Of a DNA stretch of 64,000 nt, positions 22,805 through 34,198 are shown one piece after another. The position numbers and the translations under genes are program-made. Source of the stretch: Klebsormidium nitens (taxonomy: Eukaryota; Plantae; Klebsormidiophyceae); assembly GCA_000708835.1 (NCBI GenBank), contig DF237053.1, positions 138,023 to 202,022 of the forward strand, given 5' to 3'. The notes beneath the pieces are model-generated. The model did no database searches, had not been told where the DNA came from, and worked only from the letters and a program-made list of their open reading frames with translations. Each line of letters opens with the position of its first letter. Position 1 is the stretch's first letter.

Positions 22805-25800
22805 TCACCTTTTCGGTGCGTTTTGTGGGTTACTAGATTGGCTTCCCGCGCTGGCACCACTCCCGTGCCCACTCGCCTTTTCTTCGACAAAAGCCCCCAG
22901 CTTCTTCAACCCCGTTCCCACGTTCCCGGCAAACCGTTTCCCCATTGCAAGCGCCTTGTCAGCCGCCGTAGATTCGGGGGGGTGGTTTCCGCTTGCTCCT
23001 GCACCCCCCGTTTCCTTGCCATAAGGTCCATGCACTTGGTCATATGATACATAGCCGGGGGGAGGGGGCGGAGCCACGAGCCCGGGCCCCAGACCCCCCT
23101 GATTCGAAGCCGGAGGACTCGCATAAGGAGGTGGCTGGCTTTTATAAGCAGACGACGAGCTCCCATAAGGCTGGCTTTGATAAGCTGGCTGCGGACTTGC
23201 ATAGGCCGGCGGGCTGGGGCCTTCGAAGCCTGGTCTAGGAGGAGGCGCGGCATAAGCGCTCTGAACTGGATAACCCATCTGAACCGGGGGGCTATGACTC
23301 GGGGGGAAAGCGTATCCTGGAGGGGGGGCAGGTCGAACCATGTCCGCAATTGGGGGGGGAGGAGCGGTCTGCGGGTAACCCTGGTTGTAACCCGGGGGGG
23401 CGGACTGAATCATTTGAGGCCTTTGCTGGGGGAAGAATAGGCGCCCGATGATTGTTTGGGGGGTGCTGTTTGGCCGGCCGTTTGGGGGGGGCCTGTTGCT
23501 TAGGAGGGGGGCGCGGCGGCAGCATTCCAGTAGGAGACTGAGGACGATCATAAACAGGCTGGCGATGACGTAGACTAGGAGCAGAGCTGCGCAGATGGCG
23601 GCGGCTCTCGGGAGGTAGTGACCTTTGACGGGGGACTCGCCCTGCAAAAAGCGAAGCTTATCGGGTTGACTTGCATGCTAAGCCTTTCGACCGTGCAGAG
23701 GGTTTTTGGAAGAGTTTCCTGCGCATTGAAGCATTTGCAATTTTCTGAGGCAGCATCCGGAGGACCTGAGACCTGACAAGCCGCCTACGACTTTTGAGGC
23801 AAGTGCACAACTATGCGCTGCGATACTCAAGGGGTTTGGCTGCGCCTCTGAAAATCGATATCTCAGAAGTTTCCCCAGCGGAAACGCTTCTTGTCCTTTC
23901 ACAGGAGCAAGTAACACAACAAGTCGAAACAGGCATCAACAAGTACCGAACACAATACGACATGTCGGGAGCGTAGACGGCTGCAATATTTCTGACACCC
24001 GGAGGCAACTCGATCACACAAAAGAATCTTTTTGTCCACGGGCATGTATTGCTCCTGAAACATAATCGAGGGGTGAAAGCAACAATCAGAGCTACCTGAT
24101 TCACTAAGCAACAAAAGAGCACCCTGGAGACGAGATGAAACTCAAGAAAGATATAGTAAGCCAGAATAATAAGCTCCGACAAAGACTTAAAACCCCAACC
24201 CAAAAAGATACCTGCTCCGCACCCCTACCCACCCTAACCACCAAACTAACCCTACCCGTCTCAGTGCAGTCAACTTCTTATTATCTCGGCGTATCATTCA
24301 TTTAGTGAGTTCGATGGAGACGAGTACTTACGCAGTGGGCAGATGCAAAAGCTTGGAACCCAGCAATCGCCCAGGCAAATCCTCCAATGAAGAAGAGAAC
24401 GAAGAAGGCTACCCAGGGGTCGTTCCAGAACACGTGGCAGGCTCTGCAGAGGGGCAACGTCTCAGTACCAGAATATACTTTTCCACAGCAACGAGACTAG
24501 CAGAATCATTGGTCTCGTACAAACGTCCTATGCCTATGGGGCTCAGCAAAAGATAGTCATCTCGGTCTGCAAGCAATTGTTGCGATGGTCGCAAGATCTT
24601 TGTGTCTCGAAGTTCAATACGTTGGATCAGGATCAGTCAGAGGACCACAGTCAACTGAAATTTTAAGGCCCCAGACAATTTGAGCTTAGTGTCCCTGACC
24701 AAGTGTAAAGTCGACTGACTTTGAGATTGGCATAGCTGAGATTGATAAGAATTTGAGGCTCTTTGACACAAATCAAGGCATCAGGACCAGTTGCTACCAT
24801 GTGCCTCAAGAACCTTGAAGCGCTCAGTAACTTGTGAAGCTGCTGAGATAAAGCCCCTGTGGAGTGGCTTGATTTGTTGCAGAAATTCGACAGATAATGT
24901 AAAGTGACAAGTAATCAAGCCTTCTACAGTAAATTGACATGACCGATTGTTTGAAGGGTGACAGCCTCCAAATCAATTTCAAAAGGCACCATAACCACCT
25001 CATTACAGAAGCTCCCAGCTAGGCCTCCCCTTCGTAAGCTTGTACTCGGTTCACCCACCTTGCCATAGGCCCTGCATCTGCTTCCACCCTTGCATCGTAG
25101 GGCCGGGAGAAGTACGTGTATATGTGGACTGCAAACCCGACGAAAAACAGGTTGATCGCCGCAGTGACGTAGAAGAAGGCGGGGACATATGTGTCGCAGT
25201 GGTTGTGGATGTTAAGCAGCCCCAGAACGATGAAGACGACCCCAGGGATTGCGTTCATTAGGACGGTGAACCCCAAGAATAGAGGGGACGGCCTGGAAAA
25301 GGAAGAGGAGTTTTGCATTGGGGCGGGGGGGGGGGTATCAAGCACCGAATAGTTGCTCAGAAGTGTCACCCTTGAACCTCCGTTACTTCGAGCTAACCTC
25401 TGAGAACTGAGGAACCCCAGGAACATTGGAACCATGACACTTCTTGGGTTGCGCTCATGCTCCTTAAGCAGCACACGCCAAGAGAAGCAAACTTGAACGG
25501 GACAGTGTGGCGAGCATGTATGTTCCCCAACATTGAAGGAAAGTTTCTTGTCTCAGCTCCTTGCGATAGCTGCTATGATCCTCAAGGGACATGCTTTGCA
25601 GAGTCAGTCCTTGCCAGCAGCTTATGATCCTCGAATGGAATATGCTTTGAACAACCAGTCCTGCCACCATCTTATGGTGCTAATATAGAACATGCTTTGC
25701 ACAATCAGTCCTGCCACCACCTTATGGTGCTAATATAGAACATGCTTTGCACAATCAGTCCTGCCACCAGCTCATGATGCTGATAGAAGTTTGACTAGTC

Positions 25801-26283
25801 CTGCCACCAGCTCATGATGCGAATAGAGCTCTGACGAGTCCTGCCACCAGCTTATGAACCAATTAGACCTTTGATAAGTACAACCACCAGCTTATGATCC
25901 TGATAGACCTTGATAAGTCCGGCCACCAGCTTATGATCCTGATAGACCTTGATAAGTCCGGCCACCAGCTTATGATCCTAATTGACCTTTGATAAGTCCA
26001 GCCACCAGCTTATGATCCTAATAGACCTTGGATCAGTCCTGCCACCAGCTTATCATCCTGACAGACCTTTAATAAGTCCCGCCACCAGCTTAATATGATA
26101 AAAGACCTTCAGATTGAGGATCTGCAGCTGTGGAAGGGGCGCTGACTAGGCTCACCTGTCCTCCGGGCAGCAGCAACCCCCGCATGTCAGGCACTCCTCG
26201 CAGCACCTCCCGCAACCCGCACACAGAGCGCCCCAACACTTTGCATTGCAGGGGGCGCAGACAACTTTGGCCACATAGTACAT
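22805..26283 (-). CDS. Uncharacterised protein: Cys-rich N-terminus, four TM helices, Pro/Tyr-rich C-terminal tail (436 aa)
   Basis: Exons 26283-26156, 25292-25059, 24443-24332, 23641-22805 (1311 nt, canonical and in frame). N-terminus MYYVAKVVCAPCNAKCWGALCAGCGRCCEECLTCGGCCCPEDR; hydrophobic segments; tail rich in PPGY/PPAY/PPPY. Confidence 0.8.
24160..24290. mobile_element. Short MITE-like element in an intron, sharing the core of the 18.2-18.6 kb elements
   Basis: GCCAGAATAATAAG (24160-24173) pairs imperfectly with CTTATTATCTCGGC (24277-24290). The core GCTCCGCACCCCTACCCACCCTAACC...ACCCTA resembles 18527-18575. Confidence 0.55.
25560..26095 (+). repeat. Intronic minisatellite, ~12-13 units of 38-49 bp
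   Basis: Conserved core GTCCTGCCACCAGCTTATGATCCT with related linkers (ATAGACCTTGATAAGT, or AATATAGAACATGCTTTGCACAATCA). Lies in intron 1 of the minus-strand TM gene. Confidence 0.9.
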
Positions 26284-27965
26284 GGCAGCGCCTCAGCCTC
26301 GATCAAGTAGAGTGGATGACTCGTGCGGTGTCAAGAGAGGACAAGCCTCTCGACCTCGATCCAAGACTGATAGTGGAGAAATCCCGCGAGTGACAAGATA
26401 GGATGAACTTGAAAGTGCGGGACGTTTTTTGAAACCCTAATTTGCCCTGTGGGCCCTCTGATGGACGCGTAGACGAGGTCAGCAACGGATTGACTGAATG
26501 AGGTCCTTATTCACTGCAGTAGAGGAGTAATTGTGTCAGCGCCACCTTCCGAAGCAGCGGATTCCATCAGGGTTCACTTTTGTCATGAGCACTGTCACTT
26601 CCCAAGCTACCCTTGTGTCCTACGGTTGGCAGGAAGATGCTTTGCAGAAAGCTGCTTGCTGCACATTCCTGCCATGCTAGACTTGTAGTGCCAGCAACAC
26701 GGATCCAGCAACACTTGTCAACAGAACCATGCGGCAGCGCAATGCGCATGAGCGCCCTTCCCCACAGAGACTGCCACTTGAGTCCAGATTCCAGGCAGCT
26801 AGTCTTCCAATATCATTGTCGCAAACAGGTCAAAGAACGGAGTTGTAAAAGTGTTCACATGCTACTTTTACGCACCAGGTGCGTCAGCATTTTTGAGCCA
26901 ATTTGACATCCCGGGCACTATGCTTTCCGCGGTGACGACCTACAACGTTGTGGTTAAGGGCTAGGTACGACAGGCCTAGGTGGTTTATGAGGGTCAGCTC
27001 GATCACGGGTTAAATCTTCCGAGCTGATATGGGTATACCAGTACTGAGCTTCGGCCTGGGGCTGGCCCGTGCTGTTGCTTCAACTTGCTTGTTCAGACCC
27101 CGGTTTGGTACCTAGTTGACTTGAGAAAAGGTTACGGTTTCGGTCATGTAGGAATGGCCAAGGCTGGCTGTTGTAGATAGGTAGTTAGTCTCTGCCCGGT
27201 AGAGAAAAGGAGTAGCATGGATCGCTCGGTACTTTTGTAAGGTGTGTCGGGTGACGCCCTACCACACGCGCGACGACGGGATCGTCGGATCAATCGGGCG
27301 GCTGAGAGCAATGGCCTAGGTAACACTCGGCCGGTAACACTTTTACAACTCCGTTCTATGTACTACTTGCATCATTGTCGTCTCCCCGAGTCCAGGCATG
27401 GCATTAGCCTGGTGTATTCTGGGCACCAAAAAAGTGGCCGTTTCCCAAGCATCGTTTTCATCTTGCCGTCAAAACTTCTCAGCTTTGAGCATCGGACGAT
27501 TCAGAAGCCCTCCCCAGCTTCCACCTTGGCCACGTAATAAAAATTGCCGCCAATTGACGATCCCCAATTGCTCCAAGCTGGACAATCATGGACTTCTTCA
27601 GGGCCAGATTCAAGCAGACAGAGAGGAGGGAAACGCATTCGCGAGCGCTTTGAATTCAGCTAGCTGCGCCTCTGCATGCAGATGCTTCTTTAAAGCTGAC
27701 GCCCGGGGGTGCCATAGCGCTGAGGAGCAAAGGAACGGGTTGGTTCTATTGCTGAGAGCACTGGCAGTGGCGGAGATTTTGGGAGGAAAAAGTAGTTGCT
27801 TGAAGCAGAGAGAGCCCCTTTGTTGCTTTGTTCAAGCAGGCGGCGTGGATTCAAGAAGAAAGCGGCCTCTGGCTGCGGATGCCGGATGGTGTGGGAAGCG
27901 GGGGGGTGTAAGATGAGGTGACAGGGGTTTGGCTGGCCGGCAGCCTCGAGGGGAGGAGGGGAGGA

Positions 27966-30900
27966 ATGGCGGTGACCGCTGTCCAGGCTGCGGCTGGCAC
28001 ATTACCATCGAGCACCGTGAGATTCGACGAGTGCTGCTCGCTCCTCAGCAGTCTGCCGGGGCCACATTTGCAAGGGAGCTTCACTGCAGCCATCGGATCT
28101 GGTTTGGCGCCATCTGAGGGTCCAGATTCCAGATGGAGGCTAAGGTGGCGGGAGCGGATCGGGGGGTACCTGGAGAGAAGACCCGTGCGGAGCCCTGTTT
28201 CGTGCTCCGCAGATCGGCAATGGGGGGCAGCAGTGGGCGAGAGCTTGTATCAATCGAGCCTGATTCTACCCAATGCCGGCACGCTCACTTTGGCAGTACC
28301 TCAGGTAGAGTGCCTGGAGGTCACGGGGGGCCACGCTTTAGAAGGCCGGGTACGCATCAGCGGGGCCAAGAACTCGGCTCTTGCAGTTCTTGCTGGCGCT
28401 CTCTGCTGCGAAGAACCGGTCGTGCTTCGCATGGTCCCAGATCTGCACGACATCAAGCGGATGAAGCAGGTGCTAGAATCTGTAGGAGCGACGGTCAAGC
28501 GCGGTCACGACGGCTCCGATAGTTGCGTCCTGGTGGACGCATCAGAACTGACGTCCGTGGAGCCGTGTCCGGACGTGGTCCGGAAACTGAGAGCGAGCTT
28601 CTTTGTGCTGGGGCCATTGCTGGCGAGGATGGGAAAGGCGGTTGTGCCGCTCCCGGGGGGGTGCAACATCGGCGCGAGGCCGATTGACTTGCACACGAAT
28701 GGGTTGAGGGCGCTGGGGGCGGAAGTCGAGCGGAAGTGAGCATTTTCCCCTGAAAAGGTGCTGTGTGTCTAGTCAGAGGCATTGTCACCAATTGCGCACA
28801 ATTTGAATGCGTGGCAGGTGAAAATTTGAAGTCTTGTTTGTTCAGCCAGATCTAGGAGGATTCACGCTGAAACGTCCAGAGCAGTACAAGCGATGAAGAG
28901 AGCAGGACAAGCAAAATGAACAATTGGAAATGCAGAATTCTCTCTCATCCAAGGTGCGACCTTGCTTCCGCTGACTCGAGTGTACAAATGCAGGCATGGG
29001 AAGATTTACGCGTACGCCAAGAACGGGCGGCGATTGGTGGGAGGCCATGTGCATATGGACTTTCCCAGCGTGGGCGCCACAGAGACGATCATCATGGGGG
29101 CCGTTTTAGCAGACGGGGATACAACCATCACAAACTGCGCGCAGGTAGGAATGTAATCTGCTCAAGCAATGTCATGAGGATCTCGAGTAAATTCAGGTGG
29201 TTGCAATCCCAGCAGGTTCGCGAGGCTTGTGCAGTAAGCCTGGGAAAACGACCAGCAGTCATACATTGCATCTGACAAAGCGCCCCTTGTCTGCTTGTTC
29301 AACGGTCTGGACAAGCTACCCTTCAGCCGCACCCTCTGCGGAACTGAAAGAGCAGCGGTTTTGTTCAAAGAGGAGAACTAGATGCAGAGTGAAACGAAGG
29401 GAGGGCTTAACTCAACCCTCAACTCTCAAGTATTAAGGGGAAGTGTGAGGCGGAAGGGGTCTCAGATTCCGCTGACCTCTGGAGCGGCTCATTATAAAGG
29501 GACCAATTATATGGAAGAGATACGTCCAGTGGTCTGCCTCCTTATGGTAGGAATCAGCATCAGTGGGACCAAGCAGGCTGTTCTTTTCAATTTAGTCATA
29601 CCTGCCCGAATCTATCACGCTGTCTTCCACTGTCTGCTGTAGTCACCCAAGTTTTAGAGCGGAGTGCCAAAGACAGTTGTCTTCCCATCGGTCCCTTCTC
29701 AGATACTTCCTCTTCAACTTTCTACCTTAATGACCCATGTTTTTGTTGTGACGCCCTCACGCACTTTAGCTGACTGCACCCCCTGCTCGATAATTCGTCA
29801 TCCATACGCAGAAGACCAGGTCCTAAGCTTCCTCTCCGTCATATCTTTGCTCATTGTGGTGTTGGCCAGGGTCACCCAGTAGCTTATGCTTCCCCCCATC
29901 TCCTACACCCATAGCTTATCCCCAGTGCCCCATCTCCTATGCCAGGAGCCCGAGGTCCGGGACCTCGCCGACTTCCTCAACGCGTGCGGCGCTCGCATCC
30001 GCTTCGCCTCCAACAACACCATCTGCATACAAGGCGTGAAACGCCTGCACTCCGCCGAGTTCACCGTCATTCCGGACCGAATCGAGGCGGGCACTTTCCT
30101 CACCGCGGCTGCGATCACGCGCTCGACGATCTCGATGTCCCCCGTCTATCCCACGCACCTTGCGGCGGTCATCAGTAAACTGCAGGCGATCGGGTGCCGC
30201 ATCGGGCCCGACATGGAGCTCGGACCGCATAGTGTCAAGGTGAGTGTTCTGTTTCTGCTCTTTTTCCCCTCACTTCATTCCTAAACTGGAAGCGACCTTT
30301 TGCACTAACGGAGAGCTTAGTGTTATGCCCTGGTTTTGCAACGTCTCCAAGCCGCTTGTTCATATCCAATGTCAGCTGGAGTCTACTGACGCCAGTGTTC
30401 GACGTAACTTTAGAAAGTCAGTTGAAAGGGACCGTAACGTGAACACCTCTGGAAATGAGATTTTTGTAGAGCCTTGTTGCAGAGCCTGAGCTTGGGAGCT
30501 GACGGATTGCAAGGATATGTGGTACTTTTTTTGGGTGGTGCTGACATCAGACTACCGAAGCTTCCCCAACAACCTTGTCTTGCTTTTGCATTAGATCGAG
30601 CCTGCCGGTGGCGAACCGCCTCACAAGTGGAGCTTGATTCCCTCTCGACCTTATATCCAACTGGTCAAATATGTTTCTAATCTATCAAGCAGCTCATTAG
30701 CCAGCTGTTCAACTGAATTTCCCCCCCCTCGTTTTGCCAGATTGAGTGCCCCCCCAACCTGCGGAGCTCAGAGATCAACACGCTGCCCTTCCCCGGCTTC
30801 CCCACCGACATGCAGCCCCAATTAATGGCCCTACTAACTACATGTTCTGGGACCAGTCATATCACCGAAAATGTGTTTGAGAGCAGAATGCGCCATGGTG

Positions 30901-32378
30901 AGAATTCCCCATATCTTCTTTTTCTGCTTCGGATTGAAGATCTTTGTACTCTGGCTCTGAAGTTGACATCAAAGCAATTATTTTGGCCAGCAAACACGAC
31001 GGGAATAGGGCTTGGGCTCTTGTTGTTGGCATCTCTTAGTAGCTAAAACATTTGTTGTCGGTGCCTGAGTTTGCAAGGTGCACAGAAGAGTGAATTGGAG
31101 GATTTCGCAAACGAAGATTGGATACGTTGCAGGATTTGAGCATGTTGGCACCGGCACCCTTTGAGTGGCGATCAAAGAAGGCTTCTCAAGTGGGACGTTT
31201 CGAGTGCAGTCGTCCTTTTGCAGAGCAGGAAACAATGTCCTGTTGTGCATTTCCAATTTGCAGAAACCAGGCAGGCGGCCAACTTGATGAGGTGACCGCT
31301 TGTGGCTTGGACTACTGCAATTGCACAAAGGAAAGGAAGATTCGGAAAACAGGAGCTACGTTTCCTTTCTAAATGCAGCGGAGGAGCTGCAAAAGCTGGG
31401 CGCAAAGATCATCGTCAAAGGAAAGGAGGCCCGGGTGTACGGCCAGGATGGCGGAAGGTGAGGCTAGACACGTGGCAGGCTGTGCAAGGACTTGCCTGGA
31501 CTTTTGTGCTGCATCATATTTTGGGCGAAGAGCAAGAGCAAGAGAAATCTCAAGGAGGGCGTTGGAGGACGGTAAAATACCAGGCGACCAGCTTAGCTCC
31601 CCGCGGGGCTAGCTTGGTCGCCGAAGCCAATTCACACTGTGAAATGTGGGCCGCATGACGAAGTTTCTGTCTCAGACCTCGGACCATTGCCCCTTGTCGA
31701 ACGGACGCTTTTTTCAGATCCCGTGACTAGTCCAACGTTTGACAATTGAGCTCGCTGTCTGTCACCGACGTCCGACCCATGGACAGCCCTGACGTTCTAA
31801 GCTCGACTTTTGCAGCTCGCTGTACGGTGTGGAGGTCGAGGCGACAGACTTGCGCGCGGGCGCGGCGCTCGTGCTGGCGGGGCTGGCGGCCGAGGGGCGG
31901 ACGCACATACAGGTGGGTCATCGATGGGTTTTCATTGGGTTATTGGTAGGTTACTGGTTGTCTTCATCGGTTGGTTACGGGTGAGTGATTTGGTGGATGA
32001 TTGGCTTTGAAATACGGTTCCAAGTGCTGAAAATGTAGCCACACGGATTCGAGGGAGTATTCTAGGCCGTCCAGTCTTGTCGCACCGCACTTGAGGCAGG
32101 GTACAAAAATCTCTATCTCGCAACTAATCTAGACTGCTTGGCGGGCAAGCAATTGTGGAACGCACTTCACTTGTGCATCGCCGGTTCTGTGCGCCTAAGC
32201 CAAAGCCCCAGAGTAACGTCAATTTTTCCGAAAAAACTGAAACGCCTAAGCTTTTCTACAGGGTCTCCACCACGTGGATCGCGGCTATGAGCAGTTTGAT
32301 AAGAAGCTGCGCGGGCTTGGGGCGCACATCCGGCGCCTCCCGTGCACGCCGGTCGAGCTGCAGGACGTCCTGGTCTAG
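27966..32378 (+). CDS. murA: Plastid-targeted UDP-N-acetylglucosamine 1-carboxyvinyltransferase (MurA), ~554 aa
   Basis: Exons 27966-28735, 28994-29144, 29946-30239, 30741-30897, 31379-31457, 31816-31912, 32262-32378 (1665 nt, in frame). Motifs [82 protein letters not shown] and RGYE. About 110 aa of N-terminal extension resembles a transit peptide; the exact start is uncertain. Confidence 0.95.
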
Positions 32379-34198
32379 GCGGCGGGTTAGCGCACGGGTT
32401 TGGGCGTGGTTCCGGGGGGTTTGGGCGAGGGTTTCGGGGGTTTTGGTCGGTTGGGGCGGTTGTTTAAGCGGGTTCTGTGAGACATCGTCGAGGTTGGCGG
32501 CCGGGTCGAGCGGGAACCAAGGGAGGGTCGGGCGAGGTTGAGCAACCGCGGGGGGAGGTTAGTGTGAGGGTTTGGCGGAAGATTCTGGCCTCGGTGTGCT
32601 GTGTACTTCAGTGCAGGTTTGGGCTAGGTGTGAGCCATAGTCTGAGCAAGGGCCGTGGGCAGAAGGTGTGGGGATGTGGGGCGAGGGAGTTTGGGCGGAG
32701 TGGTCAAGAACGATTGTCGATGGTGGTCTTGCTTTGGTTTGGGAGGGGGGAGACGTGTGCGCGTGAACAAGCAGGGGCGACGAGAGGGCGCATTGCTTTT
32801 GGAGGGCCGCAGAGAGCGATGAGAAGCAGAGGTCTGGCATGCGGACTTAGGCGGAATAAAGGGTAGGGACTGCTAGGAGTTGTTTCCACCGTGCAATCCG
32901 TTTCCCCGGTGGGATCCTCGCACCCCTCCAATAAAAGTTGCAAGGCACCATCACATCGGGCGCAAGTCTGGGGTGCCGTCAGCTCGGCAGCTAAAGCGTA
33001 GCTGTAGCTTTTCTCTTTGCTGGTTCGCAGCGGGAAGGATCACCCGTCGCTGGTTGGTGCGACCTTTGGAGCTTTTTCGTGTCTGAGCTCTCGAGTTCCA
33101 ATGACTGGCACATGCGGAGCAGCATTATGCTGCTTTCGAATGCTCTTTGCTCGTTTTACCTAGGTACAAGCGGTCTTTGTCTTTAGCAGAGGTTGTAGCG
33201 AGTAGCATCGACTTTACTTCTTTTTTTGTGCTTTCGACTTAAATTTACTTTCATTGACATACAAAACATCGTTGAGGAGATATCACTCCGGCTTGCTTTC
33301 ACTCCACCTGAAAGCTTGGAACTTGTGCTGGAGCGCGGTGCCTTGCTGCAAATAAACGTACTCGGCTATTTGTTACCTCGAATGTAAGCTGCAATGGAGA
33401 AGAAACAACGATTCAACATGCATACAGCAGCTTTTGAATAGTCAACAAGCAAGCATCGCATTCGTTGTCATGCAATCGCAACTCACGGACTCGTATAAGT
33501 GTTGGCATGGATCTGGATCCATGCCAAACTTCACATAAACTTTGCATATTCTATCACAGAGTGCCGCCATGCAAAGTGCCTGCACATGTAAATTGACATC
33601 GCGGTCGGATGGGAATGCAATATTCCAGATCCGACCTAGGGGGCGCATAAATGAATATAAGCTTTTAGACAGTGCCGCTAATTGCAATAGTTGACCACAT
33701 GCGTCACTGCATATCCATGGGCTCAGCTTCCTGCGTCAAACATTCATATATGAGCCGCAATTGATATGGCATATGCCGACGTCGTCAACATGAAGATGCA
33801 ATCTTGCCTTGAATCTTATGCAATTTATGGCCTCTCAAGCTGGGGCACATGCACCAACCACGTTCTAGAATCGATCAAAGGTGTACCGAAAATACCAGGT
33901 AACAGGTCTACAACAGATTGCCACTCCTGCCCACGCTTTGGGAAAGGGTTGGTTCCCGGACTTGCTAAACCGTTCAAAGGATTCTGGTCGCCACCGTTTC
34001 TGCTCCTAAATCTCTAGGCTTGTTTGCAAGCTGACGCCCCTGCTAAGTGCGCCCTCGAGGACCTCTCATGCGGGTCCCCGATCTCCCCTCGGCCGAAGAA
34101 TGAATGTTAATTGCAGAACGTAATTGGACTGGCCTACTCTCTTAACTTGACATGTGTCCGCACGTTATATGTAATGCACGTGTGCTGCCAGCGGTAAC

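Noticed and set aside
25560-26095. CRISPR-like repeat-spacer array
   Set aside because: The 'spacers' are homologous to each other and short (14-25 bp), the locus is a eukaryotic intron, and there are no cas genes.
16624-26283. Biosynthetic gene cluster around the PAL-like gene
   Set aside because: The neighbours are NOB1 and an uncharacterised TM protein. There is no 4CL, P450, PKS, NRPS or transferase in the window.
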